Shown one piece after another: positions 61,320 through 64,000 of a stretch of 64,000 nucleotides of DNA (the first letter of the stretch is position 1; each line of letters opens with the position of its first letter). The notes below the pieces were generated by a model. That model had not been told where the DNA came from, made no database searches, and worked only from the letters and a program-made list of their open reading frames with translations. Both the position numbers and the translations under genes were made by a program. Source of the DNA: Verrucomicrobiota bacterium (GTDB lineage Bacteria > Verrucomicrobiota > Kiritimatiellia > RFP12 > UBA1067); assembly GCA_050874585.1 (NCBI GenBank), contig JBNMKZ010000001.1:49257-113256 (forward strand). The letters run 5' to 3'.

Positions 61320-63866
61320 TTAGTCATGGCCCGATTGATGTGCAAGCTCCTGATACGACGCGCGCGGCAGAACGGTGTCAAAGAGACCGACCGGCTCGTC
61401 CTCCGGCCGTGCCTCCAGTCCCGTGTAGACGAGCGAGGCATCCTCGTAGCGCTTGAACTTGTAGACGGCATCGTTCATGAGCGAGGCGTTGAAGACATTG
61501 AGCGAGCAGAGAAGACTGAAGTCCGCGACCTCAAGCCCCGTCACCTTCCGAAACAGCCGGGGCTCAAGTTGCGTGATGACGTCCTCAAGGCAGTATTCGC
61601 GATAGTCCGTGAGGTACATGAACACGGGGATGCGCGTCGCGAACTTGATGAGCTTCTCCTGAATCTCCTTGCGCTTCGACTTGAACTCCTTTTCCTCAGC
61701 CGTGAGCGCGGCCTTCTCCTTCTTCGTCAGCGTCTCCTCCTCGCGCTTCGCCTTCTTGACGCGCTCGGACTTGTTGATGATTGTCTCGATATCCGTATTG
61801 AGTGCGCGGAAGCCCTCGATGCGCATGAGCGCCGCCATCGCACGCTCGTTCGCCATAAGCCGCCGCAGGGTGTCGTTGTCGACATTGACGAGCAGGGCCG
61901 ATTCCCACCGCCGCGCCAGGAGCGTCGCGGACGTTCCCGCAAGCGCGATGTCGAGAATTTCCGCCGCGTCAATGCGCTTCATCGAACTGCCGTCGTAGGC
62001 AATGACGGGCAGGAAGCGGATGAATTCCGCGACCTTCCGCTCCGGGTTCTTCTCCTCGACATCGAGACGACAGGAGTAGTCCGAAATCTGCCGAAGGGCG
62101 CGGTCGAGCGCAAAATCGAGCACATAGCATGTCCGCTTCACGATTTCGCGCCCCTTCTCGCCCTCGACCGTCCACGGACTCTGCGCACGAAACGCCGTCT
62201 GGAAGTACGTCTCGGGGCTTTTCAGGTTGCGGAGCATGAAGACACCCGTCCACGGCCGCACCGTCACGCCCGTGGTGAGCTTGCCGCACGAGAGCGTAAT
62301 CGTCTTCGTCTCAAGCGGATCGCCCATCGACCGCAGGACGGGTTCAAGCGCGGCGGAACCGATGCCGGCCGCCGCCCCCGCGCAGACGTTCACCGTGTAG
62401 GCATGGTAAAATGTGTTCTGCCGCGCTTTCAGGAGGTTCGCCATCGCCTGGCAGGCCGCGACATCGGGCAGGAACCAGAGCGTGTGCGTGAGAAGGCCGA
62501 GGAGCCGCGCATCGGCGAATGGCATCGCCGGTCGGCCGCGCCCGAGCTTCAGCTCGTCCATCGTCGTCTCCAGATACGCGCCGCGAATGAGGTCGAGCCA
62601 CTTCTGCACGTCATCCTCGTGGACGAACCGCGCCATCTTGCCCGTCCCCTTCGCCTCGAAGAAGGCATTGAGGTCGAATTCGTCGAACTCGCCCTGCCGC
62701 GCAATGCGCTGAATCGACTCGGGTATCTTGTAGGTGAGCATCACCATCTGCGGCAGGGCGGCGTAGGGGTTCTCGCCCGGACCCGCCCAGGCGGCCTTGG
62801 CGCGTTGCTCGTCACCGTAGGTCCAGTTGTAGATTTGGTCTTCGATGAACTCGCCGGAGCCGATTGCGCGAAACGGCGTGCCGGACAGGTAGAGGTAGCG
62901 CGAAGCCGTGATGGGCAGCCACGTCTCGTCAATCCGTTCGCCACCAGCGGGGACCGTCTCGTCGACATCCTCCTCGTCCGCCTCGAAGAGCCGTTTCGCA
63001 CTCTCCTTCCACGCGCCGAAGTGGTATTCGTCGAAAATGACGAGATCCCAGTTGATTGTGTGAACCCACTCGTTCGTCGGCTTGATGCCACCCGTCTCAC
63101 GGTTGTAGCCGAGGAAGTCCTGAAACGAGCCGAAGCAGACGATTGGCCGCGCCTTGTCCGCCTGCGCATACTGCGCATCCGCCGTCGGTTCGCCGACACG
63201 CGCCGGACGGCAGATGAACTGCCAGCCCTCGAAGTCGACGTGCGTCATGAGGTCTTCGCGCCACGCCGACTGAACGGCCGGCTTGAACGTGAGGACGAGG
63301 ACGCGCCGTGCGCCGAGCCGTTTCGCAAGCTGGTAGGCGGCGAACGTCTTGCCGAAGCGCATCTTCGCGTTCCAGAGGAACTTCGGCGTGCGCCGTACAC
63401 GCACCTCCCGATCCGCACGGGCGAAGTAGGTAAGCGTCTTCTCGACGGCCTCCGCCTGCTCGGGACGCATCGCAAAATCGCGCGTGCGCCGCTCACTGTT
63501 GTCGGTGCGGTTGCGGACGGCCAGATACGCCGCACGGACGGCATCCGCCGTGCAGCGGAACCACTCGGTCTTCTTCCCCTGGTGGTATTGCTGATCGTAG
63601 CCCATTGCGGCAAGCTTCTCATGGACGCGCTTGTCGGTGAACGAGCCTCCGTCCGCATACATCGCACTTGCGGAGAAGACGATGCGGTAGGGCTTGCGGT
63701 CGCCCGGCTTCAGCACGGGGAACTGCTCGGCCACTCGCCGCTCGACACCAGCCGAGGCAAAGCCGACCTTGAGGAGACCCGCAAACTTCGGGTTGTCCTC
63801 CTCGTAGGCGTAGATCATCGGCCGTGCGGAGGGCCGGGGCGGAAAGAGTGTTTCGTCAGGTGTCAT
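61320..63866 (-). CDS. Fusion protein: N-terminal GIY-YIG-superfamily (T5orf172/MUG113-like) domain + SF2 DExH helicase (restriction Res-subunit-like) + long helical C-terminal region
   Basis: Start moved to ATG 63864-63866 (MTPDETLF..., GGAG RBS). N-terminus MIYAYEE...LLKVGFA...RRVAEQ...VHEKL...KTEWFRC. Walker A RFGKTFAAY; motif II FDEYH; motif III LSGTPF; motif VI-like QTAFRAQS. Confidence 0.8.
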   Translation of the reverse strand: MTPDETLFPPRPSARPMIYAYEEDNPKFAGLLKVGFASAGVERRVAEQFPVLKPGDRKPYRIVFSASAMYADGGSFTDKRVHEKLAAMGYDQQYHQGKKTEWFRCTADAVRAAYLAVRNRTDNSERRTRDFAMRPEQAEAVEKTLTYFARADREVRVRRTPKFLWNAKMRFGKTFAAYQLAKRLGARRVLVLTFKPAVQSAWREDLMTHVDFEGWQFICRPARVGEPTADAQYAQADKARPIVCFGSFQDFLGYNRETGGIKPTNEWVHTINWDLVIFDEYHFGAWKESAKRLFEADEEDVDETVPAGGERIDETWLPITASRYLYLSGTPFRAIGSGEFIEDQIYNWTYGDEQRAKAAWAGPGENPYAALPQMVMLTYKIPESIQRIARQGEFDEFDLNAFFEAKGTGKMARFVHEDDVQKWLDLIRGAYLETTMDELKLGRGRPAMPFADARLLGLLTHTLWFLPDVAACQAMANLLKARQNTFYHAYTVNVCAGAAAGIGSAALEPVLRSMGDPLETKTITLSCGKLTTGVTVRPWTGVFMLRNLKSPETYFQTAFRAQSPWTVEGEKGREIVKRTCYVLDFALDRALRQISDYSCRLDVEEKNPERKVAEFIRFLPVIAYDGSSMKRIDAAEILDIALAGTSATLLARRWESALLVNVDNDTLRRLMANERAMAALMRIEGFRALNTDIETIINKSERVKKAKREEETLTKKEKAALTAEEKEFKSKRKEIQEKLIKFATRIPVFMYLTDYREYCLEDVITQLEPRLFRKVTGLEVADFSLLCSLNVFNASLMNDAVYKFKRYEDASLVYTGLEARPEDEPVGLFDTVLPRASYQELAHQSGHD

Positions 63867-63886
63867 CGGTTGTCTCCAATGGTAAA

Positions 63887-63895
63887 TGGTATAAT
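63887..63895 (+). promoter_or_regulatory. Extended -10 element TGGTATAAT for the RAYT-like gene
   Basis: 26 nt upstream of ATG 63922, with an AGGAAGG RBS in between. Confidence 0.5.
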
Positions 63896-63921
63896 GTTCC
63901 AAGAAACAGGAAGGATTCGTC

Positions 63922-64000
63922 ATGGGCCGATTGCCGGGCTTCGACTACAAGTCGCCATTTTTCTACATGGTCACCTTGAAACGCCTCAAGGGATTCGCGG
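63922..64000 (+). CDS. N-terminal fragment (26 aa) of a possible IS200/IS605-type Y1 (REP-associated, RAYT-like) transposase; continues beyond window
   Basis: MGRLPGFDYKSPFFYMVTLKRLKGFA resembles the ...R..FDY..PG.YFVT... N-termini of orphan Y1 transposase-like proteins. Recalled pattern only, and a very short fragment. Confidence 0.3.
   Translation, partial: MGRLPGFDYKSPFFYMVTLKRLKGFA

Overview
Chromosomal segment of a GC-rich (roughly 60% by eye) Gram-negative bacterium. It holds about 62 protein-coding genes, mostly on the minus strand; an uninterrupted minus-strand gene train runs from ~29.8 kb to ~63.9 kb. I saw no rRNA, tRNA or CRISPR array. Most content is housekeeping: ribosomal proteins (rpsK, rpsM, rpmJ, rplU, rpmA), Tat export (tatA, tatC), Pal and TolB, cofactor genes (panB, coaX, nadC, ribF), purine genes (purM, purF, purC), central metabolism (ldh, class II fba, citrate synthase, type III glutamine synthetase, argJ), translation/RNA factors (gatCA, tsaD, truB, obg, arfB) and recR-ybaB. 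Accessory content: (1) a CsoR-like repressor with an unusual P1B-ATPase-like gene; (2) a lower-GC orphan HU-like gene with a long structured leader; (3) a glycan-utilisation cluster (XylR-like regulator, triple-LamG protein, Tat-signal metallophosphoesterase, GH5, GH27/36-like), with GH28, galM and rfbC further on; (4) a 2.6-kb repeat-filled island (27.2-29.8 kb) carrying a compositionally foreign three-ORF cassette, the best candidate for an undescribed system; (5) an ECF sigma/anti-sigma pair; (6) at the right edge, a GIY-YIG(T5orf172)-like/SF2 helicase fusion next to a RAYT-like transposase fragment. The main non-coding signals are several families of interspersed and tandem GC-rich repeats, two palindrome arrays, and a recurrent extended -10 element TGnTA(T/A/C)AAT. 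That element lies only 6-7 nt from the ATG at five genes, which implies leaderless mRNAs. The taxon cannot be fixed from sequence alone; the gene repertoire resembles PVC-group or similar anaerobic glycan degraders (inference). All calls come from reading the supplied translations and the DNA by eye; no database search was run.
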